In this document: positions 21,243 through 29,466 of the stretch, in pieces
Layout of the letters: each line of letters opens with the position of its first letter
How positions within the stretch are numbered: the stretch's first letter is position 1
NCBI GenBank assembly: GCA_963714975.1
Contig: CAVQQD010000001.1
Span: 288,001 to 352,000, forward strand
DNA: 64,000 nt
Source of the DNA: an uncultured Gammaproteobacteria bacterium
GTDB taxonomy: Bacteria > Pseudomonadota > Gammaproteobacteria > JAURND01
Reading direction: 5' to 3'
Position numbers and translations under genes: made by a program
The notes under the pieces: generated by a model
Database searches by the model: none
Seen by the model: the letters and a program-made list of their open reading frames with translations, nothing else
Told to the model about the DNA's origin: nothing

Positions 21243-24200
21243 TCATGACGCAGCCACGTGGGGCGAATTTTCCGAAGAGAAATGCTGGGTTATTTTTCCG
21301 GTAATATTAAACTTAGAATCAAGCAGCCCCCCCAAAACGCATCCCAGCATAAGACCTACAAGCAGAGGCAATTCATTGCCAAAAGGAAAATCCAGTTTCG
21401 ATTCTAAAAGATAGGAATTAATTACCGCACCAGTAATAAGGCCAAACGTCCCCCAACTTGCATAATACCCCACTAATACTTTACGCGTGGCAATGGGCTC
21501 GCTGGTTTCTTCTTGTTCTTGGCGCTTTTGCTCTGCTTGGCGTGTTTGCTCTTCTTGAGGTTGTGCAGCAATGCTCCGCTGTTCCTCGAGGGCTTTGAGG
21601 GTTTTATATTCGGCTGCAAGGCTGGAGTACTGGTTATTTAAAGAGGCCATAATACCTTGTAGTCGTTTTTCCTCCCCTTGCAAACTAAAAATTGTCGCAT
21701 CTTTTTGTGCCAAGCTGGAGAGCTTAGTTTGCGCCTCTTGTAACTGCGCCTGTAAATTAAGAATTTGTTGCTGACGCTCTTTAAACGCTTTCTCAAATTT
21801 TTCCTTATCTTGCTGAGTGATTGCTTGGTTGTTTACAATTTCCTGACATAGTGTTTCAGCTTGTTTTGCATTGCTTTCTAAGTTTTTAATTTTCTCATTG
21901 GTTTCTTGGATTTTCTTTTGTAAAGCGTCATTAGTTTGTTTTAAGTGTTGGACCTCTCCTTTTAATAACTTTGTTTCTTCCCGCGACGTATTGTCTGGGG
22001 GAAGATTCTCTAGCACTTGTTGCCCTTGCTTAGGTATATTATTTTCCTTCACCTCAACAAGAGGACCAGGAGGCACACTGAGGCTTACACGCTTTTCATA
22101 TTGCTTTTTTAGATGTTTATCCAAACAAGGCATGATATTCACAGCCACTTGCGCAGCCACTTGCGGCCCACAGTTACCATCGTGCATCGACGAACTCCAG
22201 GAGGCAGGAGTGACTGATACTGTCATATTATCGGGAGAATGCTTTACTACGTTCTTAACGAGAAATTGCGCCAAGGAAGCCGGGCTCGTAGTCTTTGCTG
22301 CTTCTTGCTGCATAAACTCTTTTAGCATCCCCCGCAGCTGCCCGGCCGCTTCTACAGGAGGCACACCGGTCTCTTTGTGAGCAGGAGTACTGTGTGGAAA
22401 TATTCCGTCTGAAGCGTTGATGATAAACGCTTCAGCATCCGCGGGCACAGGAACGTAGCTATGGAAAATCTCGGGCTCATGACTCAACCCATCCTGCTCA
22501 TAACCCGTTTGGCCGAAGCAGCGCGTGGGGACAATACCCGCTTCCTGCTGGGGATCCTTAACCTCATCCGGAGCGCCCTGTTTAAAACGATTTTCGCCTA
22601 ATTTTTTAGCATCAACCATTACTATGTGTTTCTTAGCCAAGTCACTTTTAATTCTGTTTTTTTCAGACTTATTGGACAAAGTATGAATGGACCGGCTTAG
22701 AGGGTGGACTTCTAAGACAATTGTTCTGATGTTCTTTTCTTCCTTTACCGTTTTAACCACTAAAAAGGAATAGCTATCGCCTAATTGGGCATTTACAGCA
22801 GTGATGATATCTCCTTTACCATTACCCGCAGGAACTCGTTGGGACACTGTAGTACAGCCCGTGGAACCTACCCATGGCTGCTGCCCATAGCCTTGCTGTA
22901 TTTCGGCATAGGTGTCACGCAGCGCCACTGCAATCTCATCCTGAGTCAGTAACGACGACCAAAGCAAGGGTTGGGCCACAGCCCGATCTTCCTGGCGAGT
23001 TCTTTCACCTTTAATACTGCAAACCGCAGCAGCTTCGGCTTCACTAGTGCCCACCCTTATTTTTTCAAAAACATCATTCCATCCCAATTTATCTTGTAAC
23101 GCCCCATCTTCCCAAAGCAGGTGAGCAGCATCTGTTACCTTGATCGGCAAAGAGCAATCCTTGGAATCACTGAGCTTATTCTCCATCGAGGGCTGAGAGG
23201 GTAACTGCGACACAAAATTGTGCTGAACGTTACTTAACTTTTGAATTACGCCCTGCTGATCCACTGCATCCAAAGGATGCAAGTTATTTTCTTGAATAAA
23301 CGTCCTCAGAAACTCTAGAGTTAGGGGAGATGAAAATAGGTCTTGCTGTGCTAAAAGCAAGGAACTTAACCGAGCCAGCTCTGTGGCACTCTTACAATCC
23401 TGGAAATAGCGGATTATTCTGCCCGCCCTAATCTTTTGTTGCGATAGCGCAGATTTTGTTTCCCCCCTTAATTCCAATAAATCCTTGGCCACTTGTTCTC
23501 TGAAGGCATCCTTGTCTGCTATAGTGGCTTTTTTCTCAACTTGTAGCTTAATTTCTCGCGGTGGAACAACCGACTGTAGAAGATCCCGATTTTGATGTTG
23601 ATTTTGATTTTGCTCTAGAACAAGGCTTGGGTTTATACCCGTATGTTTGCGCAGAGCTGCTTGAAGGGCTGTTATAGGGCCAAATTGGCTCAGATAGCGT
23701 ACTGCAGCAGGGTCTTGAACCAAATTTATTAAAAAACCCTGCATCTGCGTGCAAAAATATTGTTTTCCTCCTCCCTGAGAGGTAGTATGTTTAGCACCTA
23801 AGTACTTAAGTATTTCCCCTCTTTTGATACTTCCAGCGCCCAACAAATCGATGATCATTTGCAGCTTAGTTAATTCTTGATAGCCCTTGGAATGATAGTA
23901 GTGGTCTTTTCCGAGAGCTTTCATTGTGTCTGGAGGAAATACAGGAAAATTAAAATCTTTCGTCTCGTACAGGCTCGGGGTTGCTGCCGCATAGGCTTTG
24001 TCGTCTCTTGGCCAAAACATTTTGTTAACTAAATGGATTTCTGCCAAGATCTCTCGATATCTATTAAATTGTGCAGTTAGTATAGGGGTAGGGGTAGTGC
24101 CACAAGAGGAGAGCCCAACTAACTGATCTAAAGTCGGTATTTTATAATTGGCCCCTGTGGTATTTTTCTCTATTGTGTGGAGCAAAGCGGTAATATGCGG

Positions 24201-26666
24201 CGTGCCAAAACTTTTTTGCCGATTAAGGATAGCTAGTCTTTCCTTATGATCTTCTACCCTCAACAAACCAATTAAAAATCGCTCCTGCTGCGAAGTAGTT
24301 AAATTGCCATAAGGTTGAGCATGAAGGGTTTTAAAGCCAGCTAAAGAAGTCACTTCCTCAAGCGCTACCTGATAGTTAGCAGCAAAACTTTGCTGATACA
24401 TTGCCATTACCGGCCCTAGAGCCGATAGTTCGCGTTTTAAGTGTGCAAAACTGCTGGGGTAATAAATAAAGGTTTGTCGTATTACTGCCCTGATTTCAGC
24501 GGCAGACTTAGTGAATAAAACCGCAATAAAAGCATATCTTTTCTCCGGAATAGCATCGCCCAACATAATAGCAATGCTAACCGGCATACTTGCAGGCTTC
24601 CCAAAGTAATCCACAGCATCCACAAACGCTTGAGCTTCTAGAGAAAATTGGGTCAGGTTCCTTGCTTGTTGCATTTGGGGAAGGAAAGTGTCCTTCATTG
24701 CCTGAACCGCCAGTTCTTGGTTCATAGTCATATTATTAAGATGGAATTCCTCAGGGCCACATTTCGCCCAACTATTAATCAACTCGATACCTCGATTCCT
24801 AGTACCAGTTATGTTGTTCTCAGAATTTCGCATTTGGGCAGTCAATATTCGTAATCTGCTGAGTTGACCTAACTGCAATAATCCCCAAATAAATTGCTTT
24901 TTCTGTTGGAAGGCGGAAGGGTTGAGGGTTGCAAATGCTGTGCGATGCAAAGCGGGTGTAGACTGCACGAGGGCAATATCTTCCTGTAAATTTTTTATGG
25001 CTGCTGAGGGATTCTTCTCTTCGGCTAATTTGGACTGTAATAATTCTAAACTATGAGCTGACTGGTTGTTGCAGGCAAGCCATTGTTCTGTAGGAGAGAG
25101 GGAGGATAAATGCTTCACCATTTCCAAACGCTCATCAGGATCAGTAATGTTTGCGTACTGCTGTTGACTCATCTGCTTTGTTCGCGCCTCCAAGGCATTC
25201 AGCAACACTTGATATTCCCATATTCCTCGTAAGCTCTTGTTAGTGCGTTTAAGTTTGAGATAGGCAATTAAGGCTTTTAACTCTTCCGCACGTTCCGGCT
25301 TGGCCCAAAATTTCAATTGATCTTGTTTAGAACGTCGAGAGAGGGCAAAAATATACGAATCTTTTTCCTCGGGTTTTGACTCTGCTTGGAATTGCTGCTT
25401 TTCTAAATCACACAGATAGCGGAGTATTTGCTGACCTTGGGCAATAATCTGCTGTTTTCTTGGGTCCCAACCGAGCATCCCAAAGGTTGCATGTTGCAAG
25501 TGTTCAAGTAATTTACTGACATTGCCCATTTCCGCTGGAGGTAAGCCTGCCTGATAGAATAAAAACTTTCTGATATTTTCAGGGGAATCAAACTGAGGAT
25601 CTGAAACAAGCTGGAAAAGAAATAAATAATTATTTTGGAAATCATTTGAATCATACTGGGTATAACTCTGCTTAAGTAAAATCGGGAATTTAGATAGATC
25701 TTCATGTATTCCCAATTCTTCATTGGCTTGGTTTTTGTAATGATCCACCAGCAAGTTAAGATAGCCGATAATCGGTTCTTGGGTCATACAATAGGTCGGG
25801 GTTTGTTTTGCGGTCAGTGCAAAGATACCTTCATCTTCCCAACCATAAAAGGCTTCTGCAGTATTGCCTTGCTTAACACGCTTCGGATGTATCCTCACGA
25901 TATCATCAAGCGTAATGCGGTAACCATTTTTAAAGGTGATACCATTAGGCCATGTTGCTCTAACTTTCTCCTTCCTGAGCATCTCGCCATCGTATTCTTC
26001 TGAAGGCACTAGGGCAGACGAATTTTGAGCGAAGTTTCCCAGCTTTTTAATATCCTCTGGTTTCAATAGCCTATGGAAATCATTTCCACTTAAAGCATAA
26101 TAGATTTGTGTTTTACCATGAATCTGTCTGGGCTGACCACGACCATAAGCATTTGCAGCACCATAATCTTTGCGATTTTGTGGCTTGGGGTGCTGCAGGA
26201 TTTTTCGCAATTCTTGAATTGGATCCTCTACTCTTAATTTTTTAAATTCCTGGTCCTCGCCTGGTTTGGGATGCTGAATGGCTTGCAAGGCCCGAAGTTT
26301 TTGTTCCGGTGATAAGGCAGGCATATTTTTGCCTTTTTCATCCACGGGGCAGTCCATAATGGAATCAAAAAGATGTTCGACGCTAAATTTAATTTCGGAT
26401 AATTCATGAATTTGAGAATGCCAATCTGCAGCAGGTATGCTATTCAAAAAAGGCGCTTGTACTAAAGCTAAGATTAGTGGGTCTTCCATTCCCTCTTTAA
26501 CGGCGGCAATCAAATTTGGCGCCTTATCTAGGCGCTGCCTAATGACAGGTGATTTTTCTACTAGAGCTAGTAAGTCTGCATCACCTTCAAGTTCTTGCTT
26601 AAGCGTGGGATGTTTTTTCAATGCGGCTATGGTAATGTTTTCTTTGTTTTCTGGGAAAAATTGCAT
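21243..26666 (-). CDS. 1807-aa multidomain effector-like protein: PP2C-like domain, coiled coil, two C-terminal TM helices
   Basis: RQEDR, GSTG, LGDS, ASDG and PDN motifs; heptad-rich segment; hydrophobic tail. Confidence 0.8.
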   Translation of the reverse strand: MQFFPENKENITIAALKKHPTLKQELEGDADLLALVEKSPVIRQRLDKAPNLIAAVKEGMEDPLILALVQAPFLNSIPAADWHSQIHELSEIKFSVEHLFDSIMDCPVDEKGKNMPALSPEQKLRALQAIQHPKPGEDQEFKKLRVEDPIQELRKILQHPKPQNRKDYGAANAYGRGQPRQIHGKTQIYYALSGNDFHRLLKPEDIKKLGNFAQNSSALVPSEEYDGEMLRKEKVRATWPNGITFKNGYRITLDDIVRIHPKRVKQGNTAEAFYGWEDEGIFALTAKQTPTYCMTQEPIIGYLNLLVDHYKNQANEELGIHEDLSKFPILLKQSYTQYDSNDFQNNYLFLFQLVSDPQFDSPENIRKFLFYQAGLPPAEMGNVSKLLEHLQHATFGMLGWDPRKQQIIAQGQQILRYLCDLEKQQFQAESKPEEKDSYIFALSRRSKQDQLKFWAKPERAEELKALIAYLKLKRTNKSLRGIWEYQVLLNALEARTKQMSQQQYANITDPDERLEMVKHLSSLSPTEQWLACNNQSAHSLELLQSKLAEEKNPSAAIKNLQEDIALVQSTPALHRTAFATLNPSAFQQKKQFIWGLLQLGQLSRLRILTAQMRNSENNITGTRNRGIELINSWAKCGPEEFHLNNMTMNQELAVQAMKDTFLPQMQQARNLTQFSLEAQAFVDAVDYFGKPASMPVSIAIMLGDAIPEKRYAFIAVLFTKSAAEIRAVIRQTFIYYPSSFAHLKRELSALGPVMAMYQQSFAANYQVALEEVTSLAGFKTLHAQPYGNLTTSQQERFLIGLLRVEDHKERLAILNRQKSFGTPHITALLHTIEKNTTGANYKIPTLDQLVGLSSCGTTPTPILTAQFNRYREILAEIHLVNKMFWPRDDKAYAAATPSLYETKDFNFPVFPPDTMKALGKDHYYHSKGYQELTKLQMIIDLLGAGSIKRGEILKYLGAKHTTSQGGGKQYFCTQMQGFLINLVQDPAAVRYLSQFGPITALQAALRKHTGINPSLVLEQNQNQHQNRDLLQSVVPPREIKLQVEKKATIADKDAFREQVAKDLLELRGETKSALSQQKIRAGRIIRYFQDCKSATELARLSSLLLAQQDLFSSPLTLEFLRTFIQENNLHPLDAVDQQGVIQKLSNVQHNFVSQLPSQPSMENKLSDSKDCSLPIKVTDAAHLLWEDGALQDKLGWNDVFEKIRVGTSEAEAAAVCSIKGERTRQEDRAVAQPLLWSSLLTQDEIAVALRDTYAEIQQGYGQQPWVGSTGCTTVSQRVPAGNGKGDIITAVNAQLGDSYSFLVVKTVKEEKNIRTIVLEVHPLSRSIHTLSNKSEKNRIKSDLAKKHIVMVDAKKLGENRFKQGAPDEVKDPQQEAGIVPTRCFGQTGYEQDGLSHEPEIFHSYVPVPADAEAFIINASDGIFPHSTPAHKETGVPPVEAAGQLRGMLKEFMQQEAAKTTSPASLAQFLVKNVVKHSPDNMTVSVTPASWSSSMHDGNCGPQVAAQVAVNIMPCLDKHLKKQYEKRVSLSVPPGPLVEVKENNIPKQGQQVLENLPPDNTSREETKLLKGEVQHLKQTNDALQKKIQETNEKIKNLESNAKQAETLCQEIVNNQAITQQDKEKFEKAFKERQQQILNLQAQLQEAQTKLSSLAQKDATIFSLQGEEKRLQGIMASLNNQYSSLAAEYKTLKALEEQRSIAAQPQEEQTRQAEQKRQEQEETSEPIATRKVLVGYYASWGTFGLITGAVINSYLLESKLDFPFGNELPLLVGLMLGCVLGGLLDSKFNITGKITQHFSSENSPHVAAS

Positions 26667-26715
26667 AGAAAAAACCTCATGCGTGCAATGAAAAAATCAA
26701 TTAAATGTAAGAGTA

Positions 26716-26914
26716 GTAACTATTCACCACGATTTTGCCTCTCCCCTTGTGGGAGAGGCCGCCGCGCCGTAAGGCGCGCGGGTGATGGGTAGGCAGAGCA
26801 GTTAGCATTTGGCTAACAAAATGCTCCTTGCTGATTTCAAGTTTACCCCTCCCGCCCTTTCGGGCACCTTCTCCCACAAAAGGATTTGTATGCACAAAGA
26901 GGGTGAATGATTAC
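26716..26914 (+). mobile_element. ~200-bp MITE with imperfect 13-bp TIRs enclosing two inverted family A units
   Basis: GTAACTATTCACC...GGTGAATGATTAC; a near-identical inverted copy lies at 55715-55920. Confidence 0.85.
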
Positions 26915-26969
26915 AACCATTTAAAAGCGTTTATTTTATACAAAAAATAGAGAGAGATCAAATTTTTCA

Positions 26970-27440
26970 CTATTTTTTAATTAGCCGACTTTTTTCGCGT
27001 TCCCAGTCCCGACGTTTCTCGGTTTCACGTTTGTCATAGAGTTTTTTTCCTTTGGCGAGAGCAAATTCAACTTTAGCGCGATTTTTCTTCCAATATAGGG
27101 CCAGGGGAACTAAGGTATAGCCTTTGCGTTGCACTGCACCCGCTAAGAAACATAATTCACGGGCATGTAATAATAACTTGCGACTGCGTTCGGGATCAGG
27201 ATGGATATGGGTGGACACTGTGGAGAGCGGCGAGATATGGGCATTAAGCAACCAAGCTTCTCCGCTACGAATGATTACATAGCTATCTTTCAATTGCGCG
27301 CGTCCAGCGCGTAGGCTTTTTACTTCCCAACCTTGAAGCATAAGCCCGGCTTCAAAGCGATCTTCAATGAGATAATCATGATGCGCCTTCCGATTCGTGG
27401 CGATAGTGGATTGATTCGGCGTTGTCTTCTGTGTTTTCAT
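26970..27440 (-). CDS. smpB: SsrA-binding protein
   Basis: [15 protein letters not shown] and GKKLYDKR motifs. Confidence 0.97.
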   Translation of the reverse strand: MKTQKTTPNQSTIATNRKAHHDYLIEDRFEAGLMLQGWEVKSLRAGRAQLKDSYVIIRSGEAWLLNAHISPLSTVSTHIHPDPERSRKLLLHARELCFLAGAVQRKGYTLVPLALYWKKNRAKVEFALAKGKKLYDKRETEKRRDWEREKSRLIKK

Positions 27441-27464
27441 ATAGTTAATCTAGCAATTTTAGAG
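27392..27464. repeat. 73-bp direct repeat, copy 1 (smpB 5' end plus upstream sequence)
   Basis: 69/73 identical to 28563-28635. Confidence 0.92.
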
Positions 27465-27506
27465 GACGTCACAGTGACCATGATGCTCGAAAATTACTAG
27501 CCAGTG

Positions 27507-27704
27507 TTATACAGGTCTCTTAATGTTAAAATTTAGCTCTTGCTCTAACATAGCCACTATGTCTGTAGGCATATTGGTTAGTTGCACCACTTGTTGAATA
27601 GGCACACCGCTTTGTAGGAGCTTTATTGCGCTTGCTGCCTCCCACCACCCCTCTTGATGCCCCTTCTGGCGTCCTTCTTCTCTAATTTGTTGTGCTATAG
27701 TCAT
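27507..27704 (-). CDS. Predicted internally initiated short Rpn product (RpnS-like, 65 aa)
   Basis: In-frame ATG ACT ATA GCA preceded by GGGAG-N6. Confidence 0.65.
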   Translation of the reverse strand: MTIAQQIREEGRQKGHQEGWWEAASAIKLLQSGVPIQQVVQLTNMPTDIVAMLEQELNFNIKRPV

Positions 27705-28442
27705 AACATTCTCCCGAGCATGATTGGAATATAAATTTTTTTGGATTACCTTCAGTAATTTATTGTAGTCCTTCACATTTGCTGCTGTAAATAAATAATT
27801 AAACGTTCCTTCTAAAAAATCATAGCCACCCGCTTGATCCACGGCATACCAAGCATCTGCTAGCTTTTCAATATGCGGCAATATATCTAGGACATAAATA
27901 TACTTCATGACCGTATGCATAATGTTTAACCAAGGATTATTAGTGGTTAATCTCTCATCGGCAATGGTATTTAAGTTAACCAAGTGGATTTGTGAGCATA
28001 GTATTGGCGGGGTCATGTCTTGCGGACAATCAAATAGTTTAGATAATTCACTAACCCGAGGATAAGATTTTTTTCCGTGGTAAAACACCATGGGATAAAT
28101 TGTTGGTAAGTACCGATCTTTAGTTTGTTTACGGTAATGTTCCATAGTACGAACTAAATAAACTAAAATAATAAATACTTGCCAACGGGTAGGTTTGCTT
28201 CGATGTTCAGGAAGAAAAAACAACAGCCCTGGTCTATGAGCATACTCTGCAGAAAAAAGCATATCTGTCGCTGCTAATTTTAACCTGGCATTTACAAAGT
28301 TGTCTTTACATGATTGCAGGGTATCTAATTTAATTATGCTTTTAATTTTTTCTGGTAAGTGACACTCAAAAAATGCTCTAGCCACTTGCGGCTCGCTCAT
28401 CGCCAAACGAAAAAAATGATCGTGTACTGAACCTTTTTTCAT
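27507..28442 (-). CDS. Rpn/YhgA-like recombination-promoting nuclease (Transposase_31)
   Basis: HDHFF, DML and EHRS (usually EHQS) motifs, P.VFYHG, C-terminal MTIAQQ.REEG. Confidence 0.9.
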   Translation of the reverse strand: MKKGSVHDHFFRLAMSEPQVARAFFECHLPEKIKSIIKLDTLQSCKDNFVNARLKLAATDMLFSAEYAHRPGLLFFLPEHRSKPTRWQVFIILVYLVRTMEHYRKQTKDRYLPTIYPMVFYHGKKSYPRVSELSKLFDCPQDMTPPILCSQIHLVNLNTIADERLTTNNPWLNIMHTVMKYIYVLDILPHIEKLADAWYAVDQAGGYDFLEGTFNYLFTAANVKDYNKLLKVIQKNLYSNHARENVMTIAQQIREEGRQKGHQEGWWEAASAIKLLQSGVPIQQVVQLTNMPTDIVAMLEQELNFNIKRPV

Positions 28443-28466
28443 ATTACCTCCTCTGATAGAAGAAGT

Positions 28467-28502
28467 AATTTAGAGCTTCAATAATTAATGTTCAATACCG
28501 TA
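28467..28502 (-). promoter_or_regulatory. Sigma70-like promoter of Rpn-1 with TACGGTA abutting the -35
   Basis: TACGGTA-TTGAAC-N17-TAAATT. Confidence 0.6.
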
Positions 28503-28527
28503 GTTATCAGAAAATCCCTTCTTTCAA

Positions 28528-28566
28528 CCCCCTACCCCCCTTTTCCAAAGGGGGGTAGGGGGGATT
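28528..28566. repeat. C/G-rich hairpin CCCCCTACCCCCCTTT..AAAGGGGGGTAGGGGG
   Basis: Perfect 16-bp stem at the junction of the 73-bp duplication. Confidence 0.8.
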
Positions 28567-28635
28567 CGTGGCGATAGTGGATTGATTCGGTGTTGTCTTC
28601 TGTGTTTTCATATAGCTAATCTACTAATTTTAGAG
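28563..28635. repeat. 73-bp direct repeat, copy 2 (orphan smpB start)
   Basis: Encodes [16 protein letters not shown] on the minus strand, then runs into the hairpin. Confidence 0.92.
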
Positions 28636-28643
28636 TTGACCTT

Positions 28644-29078
28644 ATGACTATTATTAACAAAGCTGCCAAGGTGGTTTATTCCCCTGATCAAATGTATGAG
28701 CTGGTAAATCGGATAGAGGATTATCCTCATTTCGTGCCCTGGTGTAAATCTACAGAGATCCTAAGCCGTGATCCAGATGAAATCAAAGCGCGATTATTTT
28801 TTGCGCGGGGGGGGCTGGAGAAATCTTTTACTACCTGTAATCGCTTGCAAGAAAATAAAATGGTGGAAATCCGCTTACTGGACGGCCCGTTTCGGATGTT
28901 GGAGGGGTTTTGGCGTTTTGAGACGATTCCAGAGGGGTGCCGTATTAGTTTAGACTTGGAATTTGAATTTTCTAACAAAGTGGTGGGGATGATGTTTTCT
29001 CATCTGTTTAACCCGATTGCCAACATGTTGGTGGATGTATTTTGTCAGCGCGCGAAGGATGTTTATGGAGAAAACTAA
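28644..29078 (+). CDS. ratA: RatA/PasT (START/Coq10-like)
   Basis: MYELVN.IEDYP.FVPWC and GPF..LEG.W motifs; divergent from smpB. Confidence 0.92.
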   Translation: MTIINKAAKVVYSPDQMYELVNRIEDYPHFVPWCKSTEILSRDPDEIKARLFFARGGLEKSFTTCNRLQENKMVEIRLLDGPFRMLEGFWRFETIPEGCRISLDLEFEFSNKVVGMMFSHLFNPIANMLVDVFCQRAKDVYGEN

Positions 29079-29466
29079 ACCCCCTCTCCCCCGAAGGTGG
29101 GAGAGGGGGGAAATGCAAGATCAGGCTCACCCCTCATCCGGCCTGCGGCCACCTTCTCCCACAAGGGGAGAAGGAATAAGGTCAAAGGTTTATGCGGGGT
29201 TAATAACCATCGAAGTCGCCTATGGATCCTCGGATCAGCAAACTTTGATCAATTTAGCCGTGCCACCTACCTGCACCGTCGAGCAAGCCATCATTCAGTC
29301 TGGAATTTTACAGTGCTTCCCCGCTATTAGTCTGACTCAAAATAAAGTCGGTATTTTTGGCCAAATCGTATCCTTAAAACATCCGCTTGCTCCTGGGGAT
29401 CGAATCGAGCTCTATCGCCCTGTCAACGACCCCAAACAAGCTAGGCGGAGGAGAGGGGATATTTAA
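29065..29466 (+). CDS. ratB: RatB/RnfH ubiquitin-like protein with a repeat-derived N-terminal insertion
   Basis: IEVAY, VGIFG and GDRIELYRP..DPK.ARR motifs; about 35-40 extra residues come from the hairpins at 29080-29174. Confidence 0.85.
   Translation: MEKTKPPLPRRWERGEMQDQAHPSSGLRPPSPTRGEGIRSKVYAGLITIEVAYGSSDQQTLINLAVPPTCTVEQAIIQSGILQCFPAISLTQNKVGIFGQIVSLKHPLAPGDRIELYRPVNDPKQARRRRGDI
29080..29174 (+). repeat. Family A hairpins in-frame within ratB
   Basis: CCCCCTCTCCCC..GGGAGAGGGGG and CCCCTCATCCGGCCTGCGGCCACCTTCTCCCACAAGGGGAGAAGG. Confidence 0.88.

Noticed and set aside
26915-26969. tmRNA (ssrA) or a prophage att site downstream of smpB
   Set aside because: No tRNA-like ends or tag ORF; the space holds only the MITE and an AT-rich spacer. 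No tRNA or rRNA was recognised anywhere in the window.
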